Shown: piece by piece, positions 13,068 through 28,900 of the stretch
Layout: each line of letters starts with the position of its first letter
How positions within the stretch are numbered: position 1 is the first letter of the stretch
From: Phoronis australis
Taxonomy: Eukaryota > Animalia > Phoronida
Assembly (NCBI GenBank): GCA_002633005.1
Contig: NMRA01000937.1
Span: forward strand, 29,582-93,581
Length of the DNA: 64,000 nucleotides
Reading direction: 5' to 3'
Notes under the pieces: model-generated
What the model was told of the DNA's origin: nothing
Databases searched by the model: none
What the model saw: the letters and a program-made list of their open reading frames with translations, nothing else
Translations under genes and position numbers: made by a program

Positions 13068-16000
13068 TAATTCTAATGATTTGTTTGCATTTGACTCCCA
13101 TTTTGATTGTGAAATAAGTTATGTAACAGGTAAATCTGATGGCAAGTAATAGAAGTGTGGTAATCAATCACGTTTAGTGATTTGTCCTTTCCGTCCTATT
13201 TCACGAGAACGTGATTTGAGTTTACCTTCTTTTTGCCAAACCGTCTAGGTTACGCTTATTTCTTTACAAAGCACAAGGGTTTGCATTTTTATTTTATTGT
13301 CAGTATTTTTGTATACTTTTGTCACAAGTTTTAAATTTTTAAAGAATTTTTAAAGTCATTTTTGTTTTCCGAATTCGGTTTATCAGCAATCTTCAAATTG
13401 TACAACTCTAGTCAGTGTGAATTTGAAATGAGAGATGTGTAATTGTTTTAATGTGTAAACGTATCAACAAATTAGAAAGAGTATGTTCTAGTCAGTTTGA
13501 CAAGCAGATTTTTCATTCTTCAGTTATTGTTTGTGAGTCGAATGACTACTTTAGTTTTTTACCTTAGGTTACTTGTGATCATGATGTAATCTTTAATTCT
13601 TACAAATAATAGAGTGCAAATCTTTGCACTTTAAAGCATTACAGGTTTTGGACCCAGCATTTCTTTGTTGTATTTTTTGGAATGTGAATTATCATTGAAA
13701 TCTAAATACTTTCAAAATTCTGTACACTTTCCGTAGAATTTTCATATTCGAGAGACACGATTTTATTGTATGAATCTTGTAGTGAACTGATTTGACTGGG
13801 TATGAGCAGTACGTGTATTGTGTACTGTGAGTGGATTGCAACAATACAGTCAATTATTGTACTTCAATGTCATTTCCATTTTCATCCAACTCCTCTGCTT
13901 GAGCACATTTCAATTATTCTTCGTTAAAGTGTGAAGTAATTGACCTATGGCAAGCTCCGCCTCCTTGCGAAAAGTCGCAGAACAAACAATAAGTTTTACC
14001 TGACAACGTGTTGTTTGTCAGGTAAAATGAGGGCTTGGAAACAAATGTGTGTCAAGAATGCTGCGTTTTGATTGGTCATTTAAGCTGTCATTCGAAATCC
14101 TGGTGATGGGTCAATTGTAAATTAAAGCTGTTTGAAGTTTTCACAGTTGCATTACTCTGTGTGCACATTTTACAGCTGTTGAACAATGCTATTGGCCTTA
14201 TGCCGACAACCAAACTTAAGATTTTAGGCCCTGTGCCATCAAATTTTTTCAATTTAAAGACTTCTGTCCCTGTGCAAACAAACATAGGAATTCAGGCCCT
14301 GTTAATCAGACTTAGGACAGTAGGATTTCTGGGAGGGGGGTGGCAGACAATGTAATTGGACAGTGGGACATTACACTGAGAGTGATTGCGTTTTTCAAAT
14401 TTCTGGTAAAGATTAGTGTCACTTTTTCGTAATGATAAAAATTTAGATATCATTTCGGTGGTCTCTATTTTTGCGTGATATAAGTTTCGATCTGATAATA
14501 CTCTGCACAGTATGAATAGTGACATGATTTTAAAAAGTCACAGGAGAGTAGGATAGGGTATAATTTAAATTCTAGATTTTTTGTTGATTTGGTATAAATA
14601 TGGAATGTGTTTCACGCCCTCTTTTGATAGTCATGAATTGGATTAGTTTCAGTTTTGCCTGGTATAAATATCAACCCAGATTTGGACATCGAGCTACACC
14701 GCCTTCACAAAAAGACGGCTGCCCCCTCCCCCGCAATTGGACTACAGGCCCTGTCCAATCCCTTTTTTGGCTGATTTTTTTGTTGCTCATATGTGTCCAG
14801 TGAAAACGTCGACCATACATGAAATTTTTTTAAAATGCTGTTTGGAGTGCCTGAAAAGCATAGTTTTCGCTGTTGCCGCTGACTTATGGGTGAGGTGCAC
14901 AATGGTAGGAAATGCTGATGTCATCAAAACAGAACAGAGTATAATACTTGGGGCATTTTTGGATGCATTTAGCCTTTTCCTGAAATTAAACGATACATTT
15001 AGACAAAAGACTGGAAAAGGTTGTGCTTAGAGATAAACCTAGTTGCATGAAACTATTGACGACCATTTGAAAAGCCATCATACATCTAGCTGTGTTCAAA
15101 TGCTTGGATTCAACTTCACTCATCAAAAGTAGCAAAATGTTGGATTTTCTATTTCTGCTTGCAAGTCGCTTGGAAAATTGCATGTTGTGTAGTATTAACT
15201 CAAGTCATTCAATGATTAAGAGAACAGGTCAAATTAACTATCCTGAGAAATGTTTTTTCTGAATCAGTAGGAATCTATTGATTATATGTCTTATTTCAAA
15301 CTGTAATGGGTAATGAATCACATTGATCTGGAGCCCTTTTGTCTGCTACAGAAAGCAGTGAAATGTACACACGCTTAATTTTGTTGGTGTAGAGCAGTTG
15401 CCATAGTTTCATAGTAAAACTTAAAATTACAGGTTATTGTTTTATCATAAATATCGTCAGATGGCAAATATTTCGAAGAAAAATAAATTATTACTGTTTA
15501 CTGACCAGTGAAATGTAGATAAAACAAAAGTGTAGAATCTTTGTTTTAGTCCCATTTGAAATTTTAAGTTGTGTTCGTCAGATTTTCTCAAATTCATAAA
15601 TTCGATATTGTTTTTATCTATTTTCAATGTTTACCTGTTTGAGCTATTGTCGTAGAAATTCTAGAAATATTTTCAACTGTTCCTGTGAATGAAATTGTCT
15701 TGTCTGTAAACTACATCAACACTCTTGGATTTTATCCTCCCACCATCTACGTAATTTGACTACAAATATCCTGATGAACTCGGGTATCCTATGACCTACG
15801 TAACCATGAACAGGTGAGACGAATATTTTTTTAGACGAAATGATAGGGTCTCTTAGTGACGACATAACTTTGTTGTGATTTAACAATGTGGTTATGGCAA
15901 CTGCAACTAGTATTCATGTATGGATATATATACCCATCTTCCTGTCTATATAGATCTCTCTTCCTATCTTTGAGTGAGTATGTATTCATGCATGCATGTT

Positions 16001-19000
16001 TATTTCTTTTTGTATTCGTGTAAATGAAACATAGTCTTAAAATTGAATTGAGATTTTCAAACAATTCTGCATTAGTTTCATTAATTGTGTAAACCTGAAA
16101 CTGTTATAGCAGATGGTAGTTTTAATGGTCTCAGATATACACAACTTGATTATGCTAATCCAAAATTACAATACTTTTTTAACTCTTGCTAATCATAGAA
16201 TGCGACCTTCCCTACTTCAGAAGAAATGAATACTTCGATTTATTAGAACTGCAGACCAATGTGTTGGACAGAAGTTACATGTGCAGATGTGGTTTTCCGT
16301 ATTGCAACATCTGGAAATTTACTCTGTCACAGAAGAAGCCCATAAGCATCACCCACTTTCCAGTTAACATGTGGAGTCGCAAACTCCAGCTGTATTTTGA
16401 AATTAAAGACATTGGCTGTAATATGATTTAAATTTGTATTATTTTAGCAAACCATATTCCTGTTATGAGACAATATGGCCCTACTCTGCACTGTTCTTGT
16501 AGCCCGTTTCATTGTTAACATGTTGAGGTCTGATTATTTTGACTCGCTCTTAAGAGACCATTACTGTAGATGTAAGTTGTGCTTAAACGTTCTCCTTATC
16601 AGCGCAATTAATAATTCCGAGTCTCCCGTGTGCTTCAGTCCCGGGGGGGGGGGTTACTCCCATGCAAGAACTATATGGGACGAGTTACTCATCTTGGTTC
16701 ACATGGCTATCGTTTTCATGACCAATTTTCCTGTAAAATGCTCTGTGTAACTAGTATTTCTAATTTCATTCCCCCATAATGGTTCACTGGGAAAATTTGA
16801 AACTCTACAAAACATTTCTTTTTGCACTTACAAAAATCTAAAGAATCGTCTTCAGTCGTATCTAAGTTTTTCACACTTTGGTTGCAAAAGATTTACCGAT
16901 TTGCATCTCATACTCTTACAATTACGAGTAAAAAAGACACCCGACTCAAGATTCCCAGGGAAAGGGTGTTATTTCTAGAGCATAACCCCACAAAAAGGTT
17001 ACCATTTGGTGTAAGCTCCTTCAAGTTTCTCTTTTTTGAAGACATTTCTCCGAATAGGTGGGTATTTTAATTTTCCAGGTGTTGTGGCATAAAATATAGC
17101 AGAGTGACCCCCCCCGGACTTCAGTCAATGAAGCCTTGCTGTGGCTCTGCTCTTGCTTCAAATGTATGTGAAAATGAACATCAAGCAGTATCCAACTCAT
17201 CCAAACACGTTTGATTTTTAAAGGGGTTCGACTGTTTTGATTTATAGCCGATTTTTGTGAAGATTGCATATTTCTTATTTTTTGTCTGCCTTCTGCAAAT
17301 CTGAACTCAAAAGTGAGTCTAATTCATGATCTAGATTATCTCGCTGCCTTCCACTAGATGGTGCTGCCTTCAACTAGATGGCTATTATGTTATTTTGTTT
17401 GGACTGTGAAATTAAGTTTCGTTGATTTAAACATTTCAAGACTAGAAGTTTCTTCTCCAAGTGCCATTTGAATCAAATCACCTGCATTTAGGTTTGCCTA
17501 TTTTTGGTATGATGTCGTGAAATTTGATGTTGTGTGATATGAACCAAAATAAAAAGAATACAAAATCAACATTTTTCAAATGAAATGATCTGTTTAATAT
17601 TTGTATCATGAAAATTGTTTTCAAGTGTTTTTTAAGTTGGTCAATATGAACCCCGCCCCCCATAATACTTTACTTGCAGCTAGTGTATTTTGAGAACTGT
17701 ATAATTTTATAATTTTGATGGTTTAATGAGGTACTGTGATTATTGAGACAGTCACAATTATGGGGAAAGAAAAGGTCTGGGTATAACTGGGAACAAAGAC
17801 TGTTATACCAAGTCTTAGCTATGACTCACATATCCTGTGAAGTGAAAAGAACTCGGCACATACTATATAGCAATAACATGTGCAATTTCCTCTTTGCTCT
17901 CAATGTCTGACCCGACAGGTGTGAGGGTTTGCCAGTCAAAGTCATTACTAAATTGATGAATATAAAAGTTGACATTTCAATTGAAACAGACCAAGCCTTC
18001 AGGCTTGTACTGGTGGTATTTAGACAAAGTGAGCCATGATAAATTAGTTAAGCATGGCCTGTCAGGTACAATTTGCCATCTGAGCAAAACTAAAGCCACA
18101 TTTGTGGTGGAATTTATGTGGGTTCAAAATACTCCCTTTTCATGCGGTGAAATTCTCGAGATGTGCGGGTACTAATTGGTTGGCCAAGTCGTATTGTCTT
18201 CAAAAAAACTAGCAGTTTTTGAGAATTTTTTGTGTTAAGAATTTTAAAATTAGCTAAGAAATTAATGCACCGGGTAAAGTGAGGCAGTGACCCTCACTGC
18301 AGGCTCTCGCTTGTGTAACTAGGGAGTCCATGTACACACAGTAAAGTGAGGCAGTGACCCTCACTGCAGGCTTTCATCTATGTGACTATTACGGGGGCAC
18401 ATGTACGCATTTCAATGTCTTGCAGTGGATTTAGAATTTGTCAGTCGCCATCTCACATCCTTCTTGCAAGACATTAAAAATAATTCCATTGTATGATAAA
18501 ATAAGTTTTCATAAAAATATAGAAACTGCTAAAACACTTTAAAATCCAGAAAAATTGATTAGATGTCTAGTTTTCAAGACTAAAAGGAGCAGCCCTTCAT
18601 CAGATATTAAGACAATTGGCACAAAATCTAATTTTCTTTTTCAACACCCACAACAATGGTGGTCTTAATAAAGATGCGGGCCACATGAGGCACTACCTGT
18701 AACTATTCCCATTTCCTCTCGCTTATTTTTCATTTTCTCACATTCCTCTCCTTAGTAGTTACGAACAGGTTGGTATAAACATAGAACTCAAGCGCATTAG
18801 ATGGCCTTGCGGGCCGCCCCTGTAGGGATCAAAAGCTAGTGTCTTTGACAAGTAATTTTTACCAGATTTTAATGTATTTTACCACTTTCAACATTGTCTC
18901 CAAGTTCTCACATGACATGAGGAATAGAACTGAAAGCATTAATTTGGTTTATATTTTCTGAAAATGAAGAAATACTAGAATGTCCATTGTCTGCCACATC

Positions 19001-22000
19001 GTGTCCTAAATTAGTGAGATGCAAAAATCCAGTGAACTCCAAACAAACAACCATTTAATGATAAAATCATAGACAAGTTGATACACCTGAAGTAGCATAT
19101 TTTGAAGGAAATATGCACATGTGACAAGGTACCTCTGTTATGGTCAATTCAGCACATAGCCCAATGGTGGTTACTGAAAACGAAAGTGGGCAGTGAAATA
19201 TACCGGTTGGGACAGCTCATTCAATTGTTTCATTTTAAAGCTTTAATACAGCCTTGAGCTTAGCTCACTGACACTTAATGCAACTGGCTGAGCACACCGG
19301 TCTTAGTCTGCGTCATGCCTAAGTTAAAAACAATTGAAACAACATTCATCTCCAACATACCTTAAATCGTCAGCCAGTGGAAAAATACAGATTAGAAACA
19401 AGGCCTAACATTACATACATATTCAAGATATTCTCAAGTAGCACATGTGACACAATTTATGAATAGGAACACAACTGTTGGGAGAAGAATACATTAACAG
19501 GCAGTTCATTGTTAGTTCCTTAGACTACTAATATTTTGTCAAGTGCCTAATATTTTGTCAAGTGCCTAAAATTGGTTTCCAAACAGACTATTCTGGAGAT
19601 AACGATTTTGTTCAAAACGCCCTAAACCACACAAACAAAGAAAGGTATCCTACACAATATCTGAGTTTCTGAAGCAAGTTACCAGACCCCAGATGATTAT
19701 TGGACTCGCTGTGACAAAGTTTCGTCTAAAGGCTCGTTAAACAGTCAAATTGTTTAATGACTACAACAAAAGAACAACACCTTACCTACCAACTATTACT
19801 AAAGGGGCATATGTCTTACACAACTACAACTACACTAAGTAAAAAATGACAACATGACAAAGCACATAAACACAGTTCACTTTCACTGGGAAAGCGTGTT
19901 AAAACGACATTAATCTATCACTCATTCCAAATGAGTGATCACTGTACAACAGATCCAAGTTCTTCACAAAATTGGGGAAAAGAAGCACAGCTCCACCTAG
20001 TGGTTAAAAATGAAACTAAAGATGACCAGAACAATCTCTGAATGGAAATTGATTAAGGATGAGAGAATTTTTAGGTCATAATAAAACTGGATGATACTAA
20101 GCTTCAGTTATTGCTGCCAATCCTAATGCAACTGCTGCTCTTGGAAATGAAATTGATAACCAAGACATCACTTATTTCGCAATCAATTGACATCCATACT
20201 GTGTCAGTATATTACTACCATTCAACTGACAGCTAACATCCAACTCTGAGAATGCAAAACCAAGTTGCGCTTCAACTTAATTCCAATTCTGGTGGACGAA
20301 TTAAGCGGACAAAGAAGAAATGACATTTCTATCATCCACAGAAAGTCTGTGATGTTGGCCTCGAATCGTTTGAATAAACAACAACACAGCACATGCAACT
20401 TGACAGCATGACGCTCACACACCATGTGAAATCTCAATGCTTCAATAAATATACATCCAAGTCAAATGTGAAATGGAAACTGGCTATTTAAACACAAGGG
20501 TAGAGAAATGAAACTGATTCCATTTCACAAAATTTAAAAAAGATCACCACTTGCTATTAAATATTAGCATACCATTCTTACATCATGCGTTGGACTTTCA
20601 CAAGCACATAACCATATACAAGTAACCATGGAGACATTCAAACAAATGCATGGACAAGGATATAAAATCTATCTGGACACGAATTCACCATTAATGAGCG
20701 ACTTTATTGCTACTTTTCTGTGAAAACATATCGGCAGAAAATTGATCATTTGATTATTACTCGCAAATCATGCTCATATTGTCCTCTAACTAACCAGCCA
20801 TCGGATGTGAGAGTAGGACCAGCTCACAACATTGGCTGTCTCAGGAGATATGATGGGACCGGCCCCCTTTAATGCTTCTGTGAGCAACTAGAATAAGATA
20901 CTATAAGCACTAGTACCCTTGGTACATGACCAAAAACTTCAAATTGCAGCAGTTACGTCAAATGACAATTCTTTAACAGTATTGAATTTTTGTTAAATGC
21001 TTTTACATTTATACAAATAAAAAACACAGACAGCACCAAATGTAATCCAAATAATACTGAGCTGTTTGCCACATTGCAGGTAACAAATGAAAATACTACC
21101 ACTCTACAGAAGATCCCTTGTGAAATAATTCCTTGCCATTGGTTTAGTGTACTCCCAGTGGTACCACATGACTGAAAACATCCTCTTTGTCCAAGAAATT
21201 GAAACCAAGTTCAGGGACTGGAGTCTTATCTTTGTACTCGAAATCGAACTCAAAATCATTAATATTATTTTCCGTTCTATGTTTGTGTGAACTTAAGATT
21301 AATCTATTCTGTGCTCAAGTATGTTATTATTTATGCGTATGAGTTTCTAGTCCAAGTTCGCACTTGATGATCCCTAAATTCGAACTACGAACTCGAGTAA
21401 AAACTCAAGATTTCCAATTCAAACTTAATGCTGGGGTCATTACTGCAAACTAGGATTAGACAGTTATCCACAGAAGCCACTATGCACTGGTGCATAGAAT
21501 AAAAGACACTTATCTTGAGTTTGCACACAAGTAGAATACAAAATAACAAAAATAAATACAAGTTCAATTTCAAATAAAAAGATTGTACCAAGGGACCAGA
21601 TTCAGTACCAAAACACACTGTCAAGAAACCGATACAATAACACAGAAACTAAAATCATTTTGGTAGATTTCTTTGGCACAAGTGTTTTTTCCCAATGCCT
21701 TATTGCTTATCTATATATCAGTTCTGGAAAGAAAAGACTGCTTTTGGCACTAACAACTTATACTGATACTTTGCAGTAGCCAATCAAAATGTCTCAAAAG
21801 CCTGTCAACTACTGCAAGTATTAATCACTGCAAGCCACCAAACACATTTCCAAGACACGTCATCAGTCATTGGTTAATTCAGTGACCAATCAGGGTTATC
21901 TGAGAGCAGATACAAGCCAACTATGGCCTTTCCAAAATATCCAAACCAGTTTCTTACCATAGAACCCTTCACAAATATTAACAAAATGCTTTTTTTTAAT

Positions 22001-22933
22001 TTGAGGTCAGAAATTCAATTTCTCAAGACAATGCGACACGCAAATGCTCAGAGGATGGTGGTCGTATTGACATTAATAAATCAATGATTTTGTCCACACA
22101 TGAACAAGGTAGTTCAACAAGAGTGTCCGAGTGCCGAAGGTCATGCCAGTTTCCTTTATGTGAGAATAGCACAGATTTAAAAGACACAAATTACTAGAAA
22201 TACAATCATAATACTGTTCACTCAACAATGAGATTGTCTCTCAACATCAGTACTCCCACTGTTTACAATTCGTAATCACATAGTACTAGCTAAGACACGT
22301 CACTTACACATGCCAAGGACAAGTTCTGTAGATGCAAGAATTCGTGGGTAAACCTTGTGGGATCACACGCTTTGTTTGTAATGCAAAATCTTGTGTTTTT
22401 ACGAGTTTCTTGCATCTATGTAACATACCCCTGAATGTTTATACAGGAAGTCATACCTCCAAATCAAACAGCACCTCTAGTATACACGCCATCGCTATTA
22501 CACAGTAACGCTTCAGTATATGTTCATCCCAGTTCAGTCCCGCTGAGGAGCAGTGGGTTGAAATACAGATTAGAGACATTTGATGTCATGGACAAGTACC
22601 TCGAAGGCAAACATAATTTGGGACAACGTACTTGGCAAAGAATCTGACATTTCAAAAGTGAAGCAAATGCTGTACCACGCTGTAAGGTTCAATGATCCAA
22701 CTGGAAATTGAGCCGCCGTGTATATATTCCAGTAAATCACGAATACTCCAGATTGCACAAGCAGCCTCAATTTCAGTACTGACATGAGCTTTGATGTAGA
22801 GTCCACGTCAAAGAGTAGACTGGTTAATCCACTGATTAGCCAGTCTCAAAACATAGCACTTCAAAATGACCAAGTTCTACAATTGACAAAACCAGAACTC
22901 AATCTGAAATAGTAACTCTGACTCATGCAGTTT

Positions 22934-25900
22934 CTATTGTAACTTGAAGTTATTGTCCTTTGACGTAAACTGGCACATCTGAATTCCTGGCAAGTTGGCT
23001 CCTGTTACTGGTAGTTTCATGTTATTATTGCTGGCCAGAGGATAAGGCAAGCAGGGCCCAGCATCTTGGTAACCTGAAACAGTAACGGAGAAAATTAACC
23101 ACCTTGTCAGCACTGACACACACAACTTACTGCATGAAACAACTCCTACGCTATAATTTGGGGTTTTGTTACCCCAACACCTGAGCGAGCCTAAGTCAGA
23201 CTGTGACTAACCCGTTCTAATCGATACACAAATTAATGGTTGAGGCTTAGACGCAATGCTGAAGAAAACTTATTCGCTAATTTCCCTTACATTGCATCAA
23301 TTTTAAAAATTCAAAGACGGCTACCATTTACTTTTCAATTTTAAAAACAGTCATGCTGGTCATTTGCCGTGCTTTTTCTTCACTTTTTGACTCTGAAATT
23401 CGTACGCTAAACTGGCGTATTGGTTTTCCACCACAATTATCTCATCCAACACCTTCAGCCAAGCCCATGAATAGTGACTAGCTCACTTCAATCCGTGATG
23501 GTGTCATCAAGTCTTTGATGTGCTGAGAATTCGCAGAATACTCTGGGCTAAACAGTGCAAGTAAATCCTGTTAGCGTAAGATTTGCCCAATGTAATATGA
23601 TGGAAGATGAAACCTAACTGGGCGAAAGCATCACCGTGCCTATTTCACACTATCTTTTACCAAGAGCGTCATGAGGCACAAGGATGTCTTCCTACAGCCC
23701 TGAATACAGTCAACAATAAGAGTTGAGTGGTCACATATTCTTTGGTGCTGCCACCTTATAGGGTCGCAACAACATGGGAGGAAAACTGGAAGTGGATACT
23801 TCCGCAGGCTAAGTAAGCCGATCATAACTCAAACTAACACCAAACCTTAACTCTTACCCTGGCACATTGGGTGGGGCAGGGGGAAGGGGTTACGTCCAAA
23901 AACCCCTTGTAAGCTTCAGTTGAAGGAGTGGAAGCTGAGGAATGTGATTTTAAAGGAAAGATGAATACCATAAATGTGCATACTTAAGCCCATGTGCCTG
24001 TATTCAAAATAGTAACTTTTTTTCAAAGAAACTTGTTTACTAATTAAGTGTTTCACAGACAGGCGCAAGTGCTTAAGTTATGCTAAAAGGTTCAGATATG
24101 TGCGCTTCACACAGGTGCATGCATTGCTGTGGATAACAAGGAACATGTCTATGACAAAAGTACATGACCTTGTGTAAGCGAAACATTTTTACGTGACTTG
24201 GTTTGACAGTGCATTTCCTAGACACAGGCATTCTGTCAGTAAGACTCATTTGGCTGTACTTCGGGAGCAAGATTTTCCATATGCAAAATTGATTGAATAC
24301 AGGACACTTGTTGTTATTCTTGCAGTATTTCACACCTGCCATGTCCCACTGTCTCCAGCTTATGCTCTGTAGTGGTATTACTGCATCATTTTATTTCCAC
24401 TTGAGAATGAAACAAGTATGTTTTGAAATATCGTGTACTTTAATCATGTCTCTTGGCCAGTTGCTTCACCAATGTTCTGTTGAGTGTCAAACTTTGCTCC
24501 GAGGACACAAACGGAACGGAATAAAGATTGTTAATAATGACAAGTGTCATATATTCAATGAATTAGACTCATTTGTGAATGTAACTTTTAGGAATAACCA
24601 GAACAACAGTTCAGTGATTAACAGTTGAAATTTTTGATTGACTAAAACTACCCCCACCCAGTAAAAAGGAAAAATGTCAACAGTTTTCAACTGAAAAACA
24701 ATAAAAATAAATCATGTTCAAATTTAATTTAAAGGCAAGTATGTGCAGTCTGTGAAAGTGTGCTATGCGAGTCATTATCATTCGCAAGGTTCTTCACTAT
24801 ATTCTAAGAGCCAAGTAGTTGAAAATAATTAAAAAATAGGGTGCACCTACTTGTGGAGCATTACTTTTAAACATGTTTTACTCGACTGGTTCCTATAGGC
24901 ACAGCTTTGAACAAAGGAGCTATAATATGCGCACATACCGCAATAATCCTATGGCTGAATAAAATTGAAATTTCATGATAGCAATATTATAAGACAAATT
25001 ATTTCATTAATCCAAGACACTGAATACCTCAAAGGGATTCCCAGTATCAAAACATGTATTACAATTTCAAAAACACTCAAATCAATGTTTGGAAATTGAA
25101 CTGCCATTACAACTTCATCATGATATCTAACTCACAACCTTGCATCATTTAAGAAGCTACTATAAACACACAGTCTATAAACACAGAGCTATAAACACAC
25201 AAGTCTATAAACACACAGTCTGTCCAAAAAGCAAGCTTTGGCTTTAGATCACGTATCGCCATAAAATTGGTCTCGACTTGTTCCCTTCTTGGTTTACAAA
25301 GAACTGACACTTCGTTATTCATTCAGATTATGCACTCTGTTTAAAATAACCCACCATGACAACTTGTAGTACCTGCTCTTCAGCATTAATGAACTCTCAC
25401 TTCTTTTAGCCCACGGTTATTAACCTGAATGTTTATGGTAATCAGTACTTGAAAAACAGCTATAGTTTCAAGTTACCTTGCATCCAGACAGGACCGTACT
25501 TTGGCACATTTTCATCACCCCAGTTCATAGGAAAGAATGGGGTGTTGAGAGTTTGATCAGCTGACACCATCTCAGCCATCTGATTGGCTATTTGCTGGCG
25601 AGCCCACGGTTGCTTTGGTGGCCAGGTGTTAGTGCTTTTGGCTTCCTATAATTACACACAATCTCTTTCAGAAAGAAGAAAATAGAAATAACAAGAACAA
25701 TGCAGATAGCATTGTAGTTATGCACAAACAGTGCACCACAGACGGTATATTACAGGGTAGCTGACCGGTTTCGTGTAAGGTGCAAGGAGGTATCATTTTG
25801 ACCACAAGGGGTAGCTGCAATAGTCAGAATTCACAAAAAAATGTTGGTGTCTCATCTTTTAAAACTAATACTAAATCAATAAGTTGAAAAAATGAACAGT

Positions 25901-28900
25901 TTCCAACATTTTCCACTAGTCATCCAAAAATTAGCGGGTCTAGTTTTCTTCTTTTCATAAAGAACAATCATGAGGTTTGGCAGATATGAAGACAGACGTC
26001 AAATGACAAAGTGGGTACTGTACACTTGTTGGAATCTGCTCAAAGTGGTAGTGGTGATAAAAATACAAGGAGGCAATGTGGCCTAGTGGGCTCCACTGGG
26101 GCACACTGGGAGATCAATGACCTATTTCATATACATATTGTCGATATATGTTGTGTTTACAACTAATTTGGATAAACAATCATGAAGATAAGGAATTAGC
26201 CTGCAAGTTCCATTTTAAGCTTTTCAAACCATCTTCATTAGTACTTAATAAGAACTTCTAAATGATATTGCCTCGCAACGCCTGAGGGTAGACGGTTTTG
26301 ACTTTGGTACTTGCAGGACAAGTTTCAATGAGTTTTCTATTAAACAATTAATCATGCAAATTACTGCATATCTTCAAAAGTGATCTAACAAAAGTCCAAG
26401 TAAAACGTTACCACTGTCATCATACACTACTCACCAGCTGAAAGTTGTCTGTACTATGAGGCCTGTTCATGCACAGCTCACTGGGCTGTTCTGCTCTTGG
26501 AGTTTCCTCCCCTGAACTGCTGTGTCTTCTACAGTGAAGAAATAATCATTCAAATAATTCTGTGTGATCTAAGCATCTGACACCATTCGAATTTTAGAAA
26601 TTCTTGTTCAAGGCAAAAATGATAATTTTTGAGAAGAGACGTCTGTCACGTGATTGCAAATGATTGTATAACGCTTTAAGCCACGAATTGAGATTTCTCA
26701 GTCATCACGGATTTAGAAAATATACACAGATATGGGACAAGAATATATGGTTAAAAATACGCGAGAAGTGAAAGGACTTTGCAAAGGTGACCGTTTATGG
26801 GTTACGTGTACCACTACTTCACAAGAAAAAACGATTAAAAACATCGGCACAGTGCTTACTATGGAAACTCCCAGACATGGTTTTTGAGCATGTTTATTAA
26901 AGCTTTAACACAAAAACTTGGTGAATGCTGGTGAAAAGACTTTTTAACAATCAACGTTACTTTTCAAAAAACTACATTTTTTCCAAAAATGCATCTTAAT
27001 ATGTCCAAAAGAATGGTATAATGTTGTGAATGAAATGATTAGATTTATGTAGATCCCTAGTTTCAGAAAATACTTTTATCAGTTAACAGGCACTAGTTAC
27101 TTAGACATTTCAACAAGAAGACAACATTTTAGTCAACAGTACACATAACGTTAAACAAGACGTACCATTACCCTGCATCAACAGCACAAGTAAGTTTTCC
27201 CATTGTACTGGCAAGGCATAGTACTGCTAAAAATTTCTTCGTAACAAGCTTTGAAGTTTACTATGTGGCTCCTAACATGTTGTCACATGAAATGACTTTC
27301 AATTTCTCCTTTACCTGCGTGGTGATACTGCAGTGATATCTGAAGTGAGATCTACACCCAAGGCGAGAGCCAAGTAACTATCACCGTTAGACGACTCATC
27401 ACTACTAGACTCCTTGGAGTCTTGAGCTGTGGACCAATCCCTAAAACAGAATAAGTAACAGCAGGTGGTCAGGTACATGTTGTACCAGACGTGCGCAGGC
27501 CGCTCAGGTGGGCTCATTGCACTGATCACCTGTAACCATTGTAATGCATTATTAATATATAGTTAAAACCGTATTGAGAAGCTAGAAACCCGACTCAAGG
27601 GTCGAGCAGTGTGCCCCAGTGAGACTTGAACCCACAACTTTTAGTAGGCCACACTACCTCCTTCCCCTAAAGTAGAAAGAGCAATGGCTTAGAAGTAAAG
27701 GTAATCATGGAAAAAATTTTCAATTTGGTAAAAAATAATTGTTAAAATTGCGGATTTCTATTTTTCAGAGGCTTGCCACATTGTTGCAAATGCTCAAAAT
27801 TTTACCAAATGCTATTTGGTAATAACTATGCCATGCAAACCAAGTCAAAAGCAAAGTAAATTTTCCTGAAAAGTTACTTTTGTTAAGAAACTTGAAAAAA
27901 ATCACCTGTCCACCATATGGTGTCCCAAACTGAAGAATTTTTAAACCGTAACAATTTCACTTCTGGTACAAGAGTAAACCAGATAATGAAGATATAAGGG
28001 GTGCTCATTTTTCAAAATATTTCCACGGTAGTCCAATCAATGGAGTGAGTAAGTAAACTTTTCCTAGCCCTAGCTCGACAACTAAAACCACCTAGCAGTA
28101 CGACTGGAAACTACTTTCTTCCACCTTTATTTACCTGACTGGTTTTTGCCTTGGCCAGCTGTGGTGAAGGTTGACATCATTGGCAGACCAGACCGAAGGA
28201 ACAGCCAGCTGGGAACTCAACAATTTATTGGGCAAAACATAGTCATTCTCAGGACCTCTGGCAAATGATGGCGTTGACATGAGGGGATAGCTGGACCGGT
28301 GTTGCAATGGGACAGGCCAAGGGCCTAGAGAGGGCGTTGCTTGCTGGAGTGTATCCATATTTGGTTTTGATCGATTGGGCGGTGGGTTGGAGAAGACTTT
28401 GTTTGGCAGAGGAGGAGGAGGCAAGGAGATGCTAACCGTGGGCAGATAGACACCTTGATTGACAGGTTGACTGGCAGGATGGAGCACACCCACTGTCTTA
28501 GGTGTACATGATAATAGACTAATGACACTATTCACCTCATCTTCAGAAGCAAGGCACATATCTACAATGGCAAGGAACAAGATTAAAAAACATACTCACT
28601 AACAAATTCTATGAAAATCAAAAGGAGGAATAATTGATGATAAAATTTTAAATCCAGTTGCATAAAAATTGTTCAATAAATTAAAACAAGTTTTAAGGAG
28701 ACAATGAAAAGAAACCTAAGAGCAATGGATGATACACAAATTCCAAATTATAAAATTGGTTTTTACCAACAATGATCAGTCAGTTCTATGCAAGCCCATA
28801 ACCCATTTCTAAATTTGAAAAGGCAGAAGTCAAGACTAATTTATAGTCAGTAAGTAACTGCAGTGAGGTCTTAAAAGTGAGAGATCTTCAACAAAGTTTG

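Noticed and set aside
12408-22806. Many 60-100 aa ORFs between tsg and GARRE1
   Set aside because: No recognisable homology or consistent splice structure. They fit chance ORFs in long 3' UTR or intergenic DNA.
26066-27665. tRNA genes
   Set aside because: Only degenerate A/B-box-like pieces with no cloverleaf. Better explained as SINE fragments.
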